NCBI GenBank assembly: GCA_009885795.1 | Contig: VFKA01000010.1 | Location: 4,695 to 68,694, forward strand | Length of the DNA stretch: 64,000 nt | Reading direction: 5' to 3' | Source of the DNA: Rhodospirillales bacterium | GTDB lineage: Bacteria; Pseudomonadota; Alphaproteobacteria; Dongiales; Dongiaceae | Shown here: piece after piece, positions 18,271 through 27,085 of the stretch | How the letters are laid out: each line of letters begins with the position of its first letter | How positions within the stretch are numbered: position 1 is the stretch's first letter | Made by a program: the position numbers and the translations under genes | Notes under the pieces: generated by a model | Seen by the model: the letters and a program-made list of their open reading frames with translations, nothing else | Databases searched by the model: none | Told to the model about the DNA's origin: nothing

Positions 18271-19440
18271 TCAGACCGCCCGCGGCGGTTCGGCCAGGCG
18301 CGCCATCGGCACCGCGCCCCGGACCATATCGTGAAGCTGGCGCACGCAGATCTCCTTTTGCGACAGGTAACCGGAGCCATAGGAGGCGGACAGCAACCCC
18401 TCCTGCACCGATTCGATCAGGCCGTCATCTTCGCGCATGACCTGGGCGTTGATGCGTTGGCAGAGATACTGCGCGGCGCGAAGTGCGCGCGACGGGTTCG
18501 GGAGCCGATAGGCGCGACCGCGAACGCGGCACTGGCCCGGCGCGATCGGCATAATGGTGAAGTAGTCGATATGGTCGGCGTAGACGTCGAAGGTGACGTT
18601 CGGCAGCAAGCTATAATAGGCCCAGGCGCGCCGGCGGTCTTCCGGCAAATGCTCCTGGTCGGGCAGGAGTTTCTGATAGTGGCGCTCGCTCCAATTGCTC
18701 GATGGCGCCGGGCGCAGGCTATGCAGCGCGCGCGAGACGCCGGCCGGCGCCGTCTCCACGTCATAGCGGGTGCCGAACAAACGGAAGAGCCCCGGATGGC
18801 CGACGGGGACATGATAGCCTTCTAGGAAATTATCCATCGCGTTCTTCCAGTCCACCGGAAGGTCGGTGGTCCAGTGCGGGCCGAAAGGCTCCATCTCCTC
18901 GAAGCGGTAATGTGCGAGTTCGGAATCATAGGGGGCCATCCGTTCGGCGACGCTCGGCCCCTGCCCACGGAAGCGGACATAGACGAATCCGCGATAGACC
19001 TCGACCTCGATCGGTTTCAATCCGATGCTGGTCTTGTCGAGGCCGGGAAACGACGCCTCGCCGGGGATGGCCTTCAGCCGGCCGTCGAGGCCATAGGTCC
19101 AGCCGTGATAGAAACAGCGGATGGCGCCGTCGCAATGGCCGGCCTCGCCGCGCACGACGGCGGCCGCGCGATGGCGGCAGACATTGTTGAAGGCGCGCAA
19201 GGCGCTGTCCTCGCCGCGAACGACGAAGGCGCGCTCGCCCATCAACGTCAGCGCCGCGTAGTCGCCGGGTTGAGTGAGTTCGCTCACATGGCCGGCGATC
19301 TGCCAGGCGGACATGAACAGCCGCTCTTTCTCCTCGGCGAACATGCCGGCGTGGCCATAGGTCCATCCCGGCAGGGTTTCGAATGGCTGGCTGGCCGGAT
19401 CGAGGCGGGCGAGGTTGTCGGTCATGATGGCTCCCGTCAT
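18271..19440 (-). CDS. Rieske [2Fe-2S] aromatic-ring-hydroxylating-type oxygenase alpha subunit
   Basis: Internal start MTGAIMTDNLARL of ORF 18271..19698. Rieske motif CRHRAAAVV...CFYHGWTY. The ATG overlaps the TetR stop (TGATG). Confidence 0.8.
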   Translation of the reverse strand: MTGAIMTDNLARLDPASQPFETLPGWTYGHAGMFAEEKERLFMSAWQIAGHVSELTQPGDYAALTLMGERAFVVRGEDSALRAFNNVCRHRAAAVVRGEAGHCDGAIRCFYHGWTYGLDGRLKAIPGEASFPGLDKTSIGLKPIEVEVYRGFVYVRFRGQGPSVAERMAPYDSELAHYRFEEMEPFGPHWTTDLPVDWKNAMDNFLEGYHVPVGHPGLFRLFGTRYDVETAPAGVSRALHSLRPAPSSNWSERHYQKLLPDQEHLPEDRRRAWAYYSLLPNVTFDVYADHIDYFTIMPIAPGQCRVRGRAYRLPNPSRALRAAQYLCQRINAQVMREDDGLIESVQEGLLSASYGSGYLSQKEICVRQLHDMVRGAVPMARLAEPPRAV

Positions 19441-20081
19441 CAGGCGGCGCTGGCGGCCACGTCGAGAGCGAAGTGGCGCGGGAATGCGTGGACGAGAAAG
19501 GCGCGGCAGGTTTGCTTGGCAAGCGTGCGGTCGATCCCTTTCGGGTTCACGAGAATGTCGAGCCATAACCCGTCGATGATCGCATTGAGGCCGCGAGCGA
19601 CGAGGTCGGGATCGGTGCCGGCATAGCCGCCGGTCTCGACGAGGTCTTGGCAGAGAGCCCGGGTTTGCTCGAAATAGCCGTCGGACAGCCGCGCGCAAAG
19701 GCGCAGATACTCCGGCCGCCAGCGCGCCTCGCCCCAGAAGGCGTACCAGACCGTCACCTTCTTGCGGCTGGCGATGACCGGATCGAAATCGGCCTCGACC
19801 ATCGCCCAGAGGCGCTCGGCGGGGGAGGCGCCGGCCCGGGCCAGACGTCCGTGCCAGAATTCGTCGTACTCCTCGACCATATGGGCAAGCGTCGCGATCA
19901 ACAGCTCTTCCTTGCTGGTGAAGTAGAAATTCACGATGCCTTGCGAGAGCGTCGCGCGCCGCGCCACCTCGGCCAGCGTCAAATCGGCGAAACCATGCGC
20001 GGCGATGGCGCCAACGGTCGCCTCGATCAATTGCAGGCGGCGGTGTTGCTTAATGTCGGCGCGGGCCATGGGAGTACTCAA
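19440..20081 (-). CDS. TetR/AcrR family transcriptional regulator
   Basis: 213 aa with N-terminal HTH ADLTLAEVARRATLSQGIVNFYFTSKEELL. Confidence 0.9.
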   Translation of the reverse strand: MSTPMARADIKQHRRLQLIEATVGAIAAHGFADLTLAEVARRATLSQGIVNFYFTSKEELLIATLAHMVEEYDEFWHGRLARAGASPAERLWAMVEADFDPVIASRKKVTVWYAFWGEARWRPEYLRLCARLSDGYFEQTRALCQDLVETGGYAGTDPDLVARGLNAIIDGLWLDILVNPKGIDRTLAKQTCRAFLVHAFPRHFALDVAASAA

Positions 20082-20120
20082 TAGTTGTAGGCTCCATTAT
20101 GAATACTGCCATACAACGTA

Positions 20121-20168
20121 ATGTTTATCAACATATTTTGGTTTTTCGTTGAATGTTCGTACAATCAA
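20121..20168. promoter_or_regulatory. two near-palindromes in the AT-rich divergent TetR/ACAD intergenic region (candidate TetR operators)
   Basis: ATGTTtATcAACAT (20121..20134, 12/14 symmetric) and TTGAaTGTtC-GtACAaTCAA (20149..20168, 16/20 symmetric). Confidence 0.4.
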
Positions 20169-20255
20169 TTAGTTACGGACTTCGGGGGCCGCCGGACTGT
20201 GACGGTGTACCGCCACCCGGCAATTGCTATGGTGGTTCAGGGGACGGTGAGGTTC

Positions 20256-21416
20256 ATGGATTTTTCGCCAAGCGACGAGCAACGCCTTCTGGTCGATACC
20301 GCCAGGCAATTTGTCGAGCGCGAGTTGCTGCCGCACGAGCGCGAGGTCGAACGCCTGGGCGATGTGCCGGAGGAACTGGCGCGCCAAATCCGGGATCGCG
20401 CCAAGGCGCAAGGTCTCTATGCCGCCAACATGCCGGAGACCGCCGGCGGCGGCGGGCTCGACCCCGTCAGCCTCTCCATGCTGGACCGCGAGCTTGGCAA
20501 GGCGGGGTGGGGACTGCGCGGTCACGTCGGCCGGCCCTCGGCCATCCTCAACGCCTGCGAGGGCGACCAGCGCGAGCCCTATCTGCTGTCGGTCGTGCGC
20601 GGCGAGCGCAAGGAGTGCTTCGCCCTGACCGAGCCCGGCGCCGGCTCCGATGTCATGTCGATCGCGACCAAGGCGGTTCGCGATGGCAATGATTATATTC
20701 TTAACGGCGAAAAGCATTTCATTACCGCCGCCGGCGTGCCGGATTTCGCCATCGTCTTCGCCGTGACCGGCGTGGAAGAGACGCCCAAGGGTCCGCGCAA
20801 GCGCTTCACCTCCTTCCTCGTCGATCGCGGCACGAAAGGGCTCGCCGTCACCCGGGGCCCGCGCAGCGTCGGCTATCGCGCCTATCCCAATTTCCAGCTC
20901 GTCCTCACCGATTGCCGGGTCGGCAAGGGACAAGTGCTGGGCGAGGAGGGCAGGGGCTTCGAGGTCGCCAACGAATGGCTCGGCGACACGCGCCTACTGG
21001 TCGCCAGCACCTGCTGCGGCATGGCCGAACGGCTGCTCGATCTCGCCACCAAATGGGCGGCGACGCGGAAGCAGTTCGGCCAGACCATCGGCCGCTTTCA
21101 AGGCACGGGCTTCAAGCTTGCCGACATGGCGACCGAATTGCGGGCCGCGGACCTGCTTACTCTCAATGTCGCCTGGAAGCTCGGGCAAGGGACCATGGCG
21201 TCATCCGACGCCGCCATGGCCAAGCTGTTCGCGTCGGAGATGGTGGGCCGCGTCGCCGATCATGCGGTGCAGATCTTCGGCGGCATGGGGTTGATGGAGG
21301 AACTGCCCATCGAACGATTGTGGCGCGATGCGCGGGTCGAACGTATCTGGGACGGGACCTCGGAGATTCAACGCCACATCATCTCGCGCGCGCTGCTTCG
21401 GCCGCACGAGAGCTAG
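20256..21416 (+). CDS. acyl-CoA dehydrogenase family protein
   Basis: Start MDFSPSDEQRLLVDTARQF within ORF 20121..21416. C-terminal IFGGMGLMEELPIERLWRDARVERIWDGTSEIQRHII. Confidence 0.9.
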   Translation: MDFSPSDEQRLLVDTARQFVERELLPHEREVERLGDVPEELARQIRDRAKAQGLYAANMPETAGGGGLDPVSLSMLDRELGKAGWGLRGHVGRPSAILNACEGDQREPYLLSVVRGERKECFALTEPGAGSDVMSIATKAVRDGNDYILNGEKHFITAAGVPDFAIVFAVTGVEETPKGPRKRFTSFLVDRGTKGLAVTRGPRSVGYRAYPNFQLVLTDCRVGKGQVLGEEGRGFEVANEWLGDTRLLVASTCCGMAERLLDLATKWAATRKQFGQTIGRFQGTGFKLADMATELRAADLLTLNVAWKLGQGTMASSDAAMAKLFASEMVGRVADHAVQIFGGMGLMEELPIERLWRDARVERIWDGTSEIQRHIISRALLRPHES

Positions 21417-21454
21417 TACCAAGAATCACGGAAGCGTGATACGCAGCCCCAACT

Positions 21455-21532
21455 CTCATGCTTCGACAAGCTCGGCATGAGGGCCTCACGCCTCAAGCTT
21501 CCTCGTCCTGAGCTTGTCGAAGGACGAAGGAT
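21455..21532. repeat. Family A intergenic repeat
   Basis: ctcatgcttcgacaagctcggcatgagggcctc ... cctcgtcctgagcttgtcgaaggacgaagg. Confidence 0.7.
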
Positions 21533-21547
21533 AGAGGACCGCCATCG

Positions 21548-22393
21548 ATGTTCACGCCCGGATTGCTTAAGGACCGCCGCATCCTCGTCACCGGCGGCGG
21601 CACCGGCCTTGGGCGGAGCATGGGCCAGCGGTTCCTCGAACTGGGCGCGGAATTGGTGATCTGCGGCCGGCGCGAGGAGGTGTTGCGCGAGACGGCGGCG
21701 GCGCTGTCGGCGGCGACCGGCGGCAAGGTCGAAACTCAAGCGTGCGACATCCGCGACTCCGGGGCGGTCGAGGCGATGGTCGAGAGCATTTGGGCAACCC
21801 GCCCGCTCGATGCGCTGGTCAACAACGCGGCCGGCAATTTCATCGCCCGCAGCGAGGAACTGTCGCCGCGCGCCGTCGACGCCGTCGTCAACATCGTGCT
21901 TCATGGCAGCGCCTACGCGACGCTCGCCTGCGGGCGCCGGTGGCTGAAGGAAAAGCGTCCGGCGAGCGTGCTCAGCATCATCACCACCTACGCCTGGACC
22001 GGCTCGGCCTATGTCGTGCCCTCGGCCATGGCCAAGGCCGGCGTGCTCGCCATGACCCGAAGCCTGGCGGTCGAATGGGGCGGGCGGGGCGTTCGCCTCA
22101 ATGCCATCGCCCCCGGCCCATTCCCGACACCCGGCGCCTGGGAGCGGCTGGTGCCGCGCCCGGAGCTGGCCCAGGAATTCGAGACCAAGAATCCGCTCGG
22201 CCGCGTCGGGCGCCATGGCGAGCTTGCCGACCTCGCGAGCTTTCTTCTTTCCGACGGGGCCGGCTACATCAATGGCGAGGTCGTGACCATCGACGGCGGC
22301 GAGTGGCTGCAAGGCGCCGGCCAATTCAATTTCCTCGGCCGGATGATGACCGAAGCCGACTGGGACGCCCTGAAGCCGAAGAAACGCGGGTAG
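21548..22393 (+). CDS. SDR family oxidoreductase (2,4-dienoyl-CoA reductase-like)
   Basis: 281 aa with VTGGGTGLG Rossmann motif and a DECR-like PSAMAKAG active-site segment. Confidence 0.8.
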   Translation: MFTPGLLKDRRILVTGGGTGLGRSMGQRFLELGAELVICGRREEVLRETAAALSAATGGKVETQACDIRDSGAVEAMVESIWATRPLDALVNNAAGNFIARSEELSPRAVDAVVNIVLHGSAYATLACGRRWLKEKRPASVLSIITTYAWTGSAYVVPSAMAKAGVLAMTRSLAVEWGGRGVRLNAIAPGPFPTPGAWERLVPRPELAQEFETKNPLGRVGRHGELADLASFLLSDGAGYINGEVVTIDGGEWLQGAGQFNFLGRMMTEADWDALKPKKRG

Positions 22394-22405
22394 CGCGATC
22401 GCTCG

Positions 22406-23308
22406 TTACACCGGCTGGTCGGGCGGGGCTACCGGCTTGCCCAGCACGGCGATGCCGATCGAGGCCAGCGAGATTAGCGTGATGGCGATCCAGGCCCTGG
22501 GCTCGATGGTTTCCGCGAGAAGCGCGATTCCGATCACCGTCGCCACCACCGGTTCGAGCGCGATCACGACACCGTACTGCCTGGCCGGCATCCGGCCGAG
22601 CGCGAGGAATTCGAGCAAGAACGGAATCGCCGCCGAAAAGATCGCCACGCCCAAAATCGCGATGATTGTGGTTGCGTTTGCCATGGCGTCGCTCAGCGCC
22701 TGAAGGCCGGCCATCGGCAGAAGGATGACGGCCGATACTTGCATCGCCAGGGCGAGCCCGACACCGCCTTTCAGCGATTGACCCAAGCAGCGGCTCAGCA
22801 GGATGAAGCACGCCCAACCGGCGGCGGCGCCGAAGGCGAAGAGAACGCCGGCCGGATCGAGGGTCGTACCGACCGCCGGTGTCAGCAGCACGATCCCGGC
22901 CGCCGCCAGCAGAGCGCAAACGAAATCCACCAGCCGCCGCGACGCGATCAGCGCGACGCCCAGCGGCCCGACGAACTCGATCGTCACCGCGAGTCCGAGC
23001 GGTATGCGCGCGATGGATTCATAGAAGGCGATGCTCATCGCCGTCATGGCCAACCCCAGGAGGACAATGCCCATGGGCGCTTGCCGCAAGGCGCCGGCCA
23101 GCGCCTTCCCGTAGAGAAGGCAGAGAAAGATGCCGCCGATGGCCTGGCGCAGAAACAGAATGCCGAGCGGCTCGTAGACCGAAAACAGCGTCACCGCCAA
23201 GGCCGAGCCAAGCTGGATCGAGACGATGGCCGTCAGCACCAGGACGGACGGGGGAAACCGATTGAGTAGCATAAGCTTCGCGTTCGACCTGTCGTCCCGC
23301 CGTCGCAT
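22406..23308 (-). CDS. DMT/EamA family transporter
   Basis: 300 aa with about 10 hydrophobic spans. Start may be 23272. Confidence 0.75.
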   Translation of the reverse strand: MRRRDDRSNAKLMLLNRFPPSVLVLTAIVSIQLGSALAVTLFSVYEPLGILFLRQAIGGIFLCLLYGKALAGALRQAPMGIVLLGLAMTAMSIAFYESIARIPLGLAVTIEFVGPLGVALIASRRLVDFVCALLAAAGIVLLTPAVGTTLDPAGVLFAFGAAAGWACFILLSRCLGQSLKGGVGLALAMQVSAVILLPMAGLQALSDAMANATTIIAILGVAIFSAAIPFLLEFLALGRMPARQYGVVIALEPVVATVIGIALLAETIEPRAWIAITLISLASIGIAVLGKPVAPPDQPV

Positions 23309-23381
23309 CGGATCGCTTCTTATGTATTGGATTATAACAAGAATTGCGCCATAAGGGTCATGGTTAACGGGTTTTTCTGGC

Positions 23382-23415
23382 GATTTCGTTAACGATTCGT
23401 TAGGATTCTCTTAGG
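23382..23415 (+). promoter_or_regulatory. three tandem imperfect 11-bp direct repeats upstream of the lipoprotein-RR-HK operon
   Basis: gatttcgttaac / gattcgttagg / attctcttagg, head to tail at one helical turn, about 50 bp upstream of 23462. Confidence 0.35.
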
Positions 23416-23461
23416 TTAATGGGTTCCGAACGCGGCGAAACATGAACGGGCGGATCTTGAG

Positions 23462-23944
23462 TTGAACGCGAGAGGAATCATCGTTTCGTTCGGCTTCGCG
23501 GCCCTTCTCGGCGCGTGCGAGGCAATCGATGCGCGCCAGCCGGAGGTCGCGATTCCCCCGGCCACGGCGGCCACGGGCACGATCAACGCCGAGTCGGCGC
23601 TGCCGGCCGAACCCAGCGCATCGCAAGAACGGGTTCTCGCCATACCGGCGCACAAACCCAAGCTGGCCGAAGTCCCGCCCGCGATCGACCCCGATCGATT
23701 GGTTGGCCTCGACCGCGATGGCGTTCTCGATCTTCTCGGGCGGCCGGCGCTTGAAGAAGAGGCCGCGCCGGCGAAGGTATGGGTCTACAATGGAAAGAGT
23801 TGCGCGCTGCATGTCTTCTTCTACCCCGAGATCACGACCAAGGAATTCGAAGTTCTGACCTACGAGATCCGCAACGTCGAAGCGGACGAAAATGCGCGGC
23901 GGGTTTGTATCGAGGAGGTGCTGCAAGCCAATGCCGCCGGCTAG
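23462..23944 (+). CDS. hypothetical lipoprotein
   Basis: TTG start. Signal peptide with lipobox ...FGFAALLGAC. 160 aa, no family recognised. Confidence 0.55.
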   Translation: MNARGIIVSFGFAALLGACEAIDARQPEVAIPPATAATGTINAESALPAEPSASQERVLAIPAHKPKLAEVPPAIDPDRLVGLDRDGVLDLLGRPALEEEAAPAKVWVYNGKSCALHVFFYPEITTKEFEVLTYEIRNVEADENARRVCIEEVLQANAAG

Positions 23945-24692
23945 CGCCGAACGACACAGTCGCGCCGAGACCGCCCGGCGCATCGCCATCGTCGACGACG
24001 ACGCGCTATTTCGTGAATCGCTCGGCCTCAATCTGGTCGAGAACGGCTACGCCGTGGAGGAATTCGCGGACGGCGCCCTGGCGCTCGAAGCATTCATCGC
24101 CGGCGGCGTGCCGAGCGCGGTTCTCCTCGACTGGCGCATGCCCAATCTCGATGGGCCGGGGCTCCTGCGCTCGATGCGCGAGCGCGGGCTGGAGGCGCCG
24201 GTGATCTTCCTGACGGTCTTGGGCGAAGAGACCTACGAGGAAGCGGCGCTTCGCATCGGCGCCGTCGATTTCATCGACAAGTCGCGCAGCTTGTCGATCA
24301 TCCTGCAACGGCTGCGGATCATCACCGAGGGGAGCAAGACCGTCGGCGATCGGGCGGTGAACGAATCCGCGCCGATCGTGCGCGGTAAGTTGGAATTGCG
24401 CGACGATATCAGCCGCGCCTTCTACGATGGCCGCCAGCTCGACTTGACCCTAACCGAATTCAACATCGTTCGCCTGCTCGCCGGACAAGTCGACACCGAC
24501 GTGACCTACCGGCAGATCTACGACCTCGTGCGCGGCAAGGACTTCGTGGCCGGCTACGGGGAAGAGGGCTATCGCGTCAACGTGCGTTCCTTCATCAAAC
24601 GGATACGCCAGAAACTCAAAGAGGTCGACGACAATTTCGATTGCATCGCCAACTACCCCGGCTTTGGCTACCGCTGGGTCGATCCGAAGTGA
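23931..24692 (+). CDS. OmpR/PhoB-family response regulator
   Basis: Start MPPASAERH... within ORF 23892..24692. Receiver domain (IAIVDDD, LLDWRMPNLDG) and winged-helix C-terminus (...GFGYRWV). Confidence 0.85.
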   Translation: MPPASAERHSRAETARRIAIVDDDALFRESLGLNLVENGYAVEEFADGALALEAFIAGGVPSAVLLDWRMPNLDGPGLLRSMRERGLEAPVIFLTVLGEETYEEAALRIGAVDFIDKSRSLSIILQRLRIITEGSKTVGDRAVNESAPIVRGKLELRDDISRAFYDGRQLDLTLTEFNIVRLLAGQVDTDVTYRQIYDLVRGKDFVAGYGEEGYRVNVRSFIKRIRQKLKEVDDNFDCIANYPGFGYRWVDPK

Positions 24693-24714
24693 GCCGCGGG
24701 CCCCATCGAAAGCG

Positions 24715-26238
24715 ATGCGGCGCCGGCCGGCCCGCTCGCTCGTGGGCCGACTCATCCTGCTGCTCGGCGTGTTCGTCGCCGTGCCGGTGGCGCTCTATTA
24801 CAACTTCCTCGTCGCGGAACAGGAGCGCCGCGAGCTGCTTCAGCAAAGCGTTCTGAAGCAGGGACGCCTTGTCGCGGTGGCGCTGGCGCCGCTGCTGGCT
24901 CAGACCGATCCCTCGCCGTTGCCGGTGCTGGGCGAGGAGTTGAATCGCTTCGCCGACGCTTCCACCCGCATCCGGATTCTCTTGCGTCCGGTGGACAAGG
25001 CCGGCGTCGACAGCTTCTACTACGTCGCCTCGGCGCCGGCGGTGGCCACGGCGGCGCTGACGGCCGAGCGCGACGAACTGGTCAAACAGGGCATTCTCGA
25101 CAACGTGGCGCAAACCTGCATCGGCAATCAGCCGCTCGCCAACCGATACCTCGACCCCGACGGCCGCGAGGAAGTGCTGACTTCGCTGATCCCGCTGAAG
25201 ACCGCGGCCGGGTGCTGGGTCGTCGTGGTGTCGCATCCGATCGAAAGCTTGCTGGGCAGCAGTCTCGGCCAACCCTACTGGACGCGGGTCGAAGTCCGAA
25301 TCGCTGGCGCCGTCTATCTGGTCATGGCGCTGCTGACCTTCGGCGTGTTCTGGAGCATCCGGCGCGGCATGTTCCGCTTTCGCGCGGTCGCGCGCGCTCT
25401 GCGTACCGGCGATGGGACGGAAAGTTTCGCCGAGCGCAACGACATCGCCGAGCTTGATGGCGTCGCCGAGGAATTCGACCGCCTGATCCAGGCGCTTCGC
25501 AATTCGGCCGAGCGCATTCGCCAAGCGGCCGAGGACAATGCCCATGCCTTCAAGACTCCGATCGCCATCATCCGGCAGTCCTTGGAGCCGCTGAAGCGAA
25601 TCGTGCCGGCGGAAGAGGCGCGCGGCCGTCGTGCCCTCACGGTCCTCGAAAGCTCGATCGAACGGTTGGACCAACTCGTCTCGACGGCGCGGCGCATGGA
25701 CGAGGCGGTCGCCGAGTTGCTCTATCCGCCGAACCGGCCCGTCGATCTTTCGCAGCTGCTTCAACGCATGGTCCTGGCCTACGCCAATCTGGGCGAGAGC
25801 CGAGGCGTGCGCCTGACCGCCTCCATCGACAGCGGCATCGTGGTGCGGGCCAGCGAGGAGCTTTTCGAAACCGTGGTCGAGAATGTCTTCGACAACGCCG
25901 TCAGCGTGTCGCCGCGCGGCGCCGAGATAACGGTGGCACTGCGGCGCGCGACCGACATGGCAATCTTGACGATTCGCGATCAGGGTCCCGGCGTCGCTCC
26001 CCACGACATGGAAAGGATCTTCGAGCGGCGATACACCAAACGCCCGGAATTCATTAACGTCAGCGATGGCGAAAAATTGGAGGCCTTGCCGCATACCGGC
26101 ATCGGCTTGTGGATAGTTCGGCGCAACGTCGAGGCCATCGGCGGGCGCGTCTGGGCCGAATCCGCCGCTGGCGGCGGCCTGATCATGAATGTACGCCTTC
26201 CCTTGGATGGCAAATCCGAAAAATTAAAAAACACTTAA
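24715..26238 (+). CDS. sensor histidine kinase
   Basis: Start MRRRPARSLVGRLILLLGVF. H-box NAHAFKTPIAIIRQSLEPL and ATPase boxes NVFDNAVSVS, DQGPGV, GIGLWIVRR. Confidence 0.85.
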   Translation: MRRRPARSLVGRLILLLGVFVAVPVALYYNFLVAEQERRELLQQSVLKQGRLVAVALAPLLAQTDPSPLPVLGEELNRFADASTRIRILLRPVDKAGVDSFYYVASAPAVATAALTAERDELVKQGILDNVAQTCIGNQPLANRYLDPDGREEVLTSLIPLKTAAGCWVVVVSHPIESLLGSSLGQPYWTRVEVRIAGAVYLVMALLTFGVFWSIRRGMFRFRAVARALRTGDGTESFAERNDIAELDGVAEEFDRLIQALRNSAERIRQAAEDNAHAFKTPIAIIRQSLEPLKRIVPAEEARGRRALTVLESSIERLDQLVSTARRMDEAVAELLYPPNRPVDLSQLLQRMVLAYANLGESRGVRLTASIDSGIVVRASEELFETVVENVFDNAVSVSPRGAEITVALRRATDMAILTIRDQGPGVAPHDMERIFERRYTKRPEFINVSDGEKLEALPHTGIGLWIVRRNVEAIGGRVWAESAAGGGLIMNVRLPLDGKSEKLKNT

Positions 26239-26376
26239 TATCTCGGACAACACCCGCGCGCCAAGGGGCCACAACTTTGACGCAACCCGAGGCATCGCGG
26301 CGCCACTAATCTTCCCGCCTGTCCATGATCGATTCGCGCGTTACGTCGATCATGCTCGACTGTGAAGGAGATGGCG

Positions 26377-26829
26377 ATGGCGGTATCGATGAGCCGAGAG
26401 ATTTTTTCGACCGAGGCGCCGCTGCCGTGGACCGGGCGCCGGCAGGCATTTCCAATCGACTGCGACGAATTCGATCGCGTGTTGACCGGATTGCGGCGCG
26501 TCCATGTCCGGGTCTCGCTCGTGCGCCTCATGCTGCCGACCGCCGATGCGGCGCGCCGGGTCGCGGCATCGGTGCGTCACCCAAGTGTTGTCGCCGCGGC
26601 CGGCGCCGATGGCGGCCTGTCCGCGCTCTATGTCGGCCCGCGCGGTACGCGCGGCATGAAGAACGACCTCGCGGCCACGGACGTGGTGGCGGAAGTGCTG
26701 CTGCGCGCGATGAGCGCGGCTTGTGTCGAAGTCCCTATCGCGACGAAGGCCTTCGCGGTCCAGCATCGGTGGTCCGATGAGTTGTTCGGATTCCGGCCGT
26801 GGCTGAGCGAGATCGCGGCGGCGGCGTAG
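26377..26829 (+). CDS. hypothetical protein (orphan)
   Basis: GC3-rich frame. GAAGGAG RBS 6 nt before the second ATG (26377) of ORF 26362..26829. No confident family. Confidence 0.5.
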   Translation: MAVSMSREIFSTEAPLPWTGRRQAFPIDCDEFDRVLTGLRRVHVRVSLVRLMLPTADAARRVAASVRHPSVVAAAGADGGLSALYVGPRGTRGMKNDLAATDVVAEVLLRAMSAACVEVPIATKAFAVQHRWSDELFGFRPWLSEIAAAA

Positions 26830-26832
26830 CTT

Positions 26833-26868
26833 ACTGTCATGCCCGGCCCCCGAGCCGGGCATCCATCC
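26833..26868. repeat. Family C repeat unit, copy 1 of a perfect 36-bp direct repeat
   Basis: actgtcatgcccggcccccgagccgggcatccatcc is identical to 26995..27030. Contains a 7-bp stem GCCCGGC/GCCGGGC. Confidence 0.9.
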
Positions 26869-26940
26869 TTCGTCCTTCGACAGGCTCGGGACGAGGAGGC
26901 TTGAGGCCCTCATGTTGAGCCTGTCGAAACATGAGGGCCG
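26866..26940. repeat. Family A intergenic repeat
   Basis: ccttcgtccttcgacaggctcgggacgaggaggcttgaggccctcatgttgagcctgtcgaaacatgagggcc. Confidence 0.7.
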
Positions 26941-26994
26941 CAACTGCGTATCACGCATTTATGATTCTGGGTACTTGTCGGTCGATCCGACATG

Positions 26995-27078
26995 ACTGTC
27001 ATGCCCGGCCCCCGAGCCGGGCATCCATCCCGACCCACCGCGCCATGGATCGCCGGGTCACGCCCGGCGATGACAAAG
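26995..27078. repeat. Family C repeat, copy 2 of the 36-bp repeat plus a second unit
   Basis: Identical 36 bp followed by ccatggatcgccgggtcacgcccggcgatgacaaag. Confidence 0.85.
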
Positions 27079-27085
27079 AGTTGGT

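Noticed and set aside
16840-18825. 661-aa plus-strand ORF antisense to the acyl-CoA dehydrogenase and Rieske genes
   Set aside because: It is a shadow frame. The minus-strand genes carry clear family motifs and this ORF has none.
24616-26094. 492-aa minus-strand ORF inside the histidine kinase gene
   Set aside because: It is an antisense shadow. The kinase H, N and G boxes are on the plus strand.
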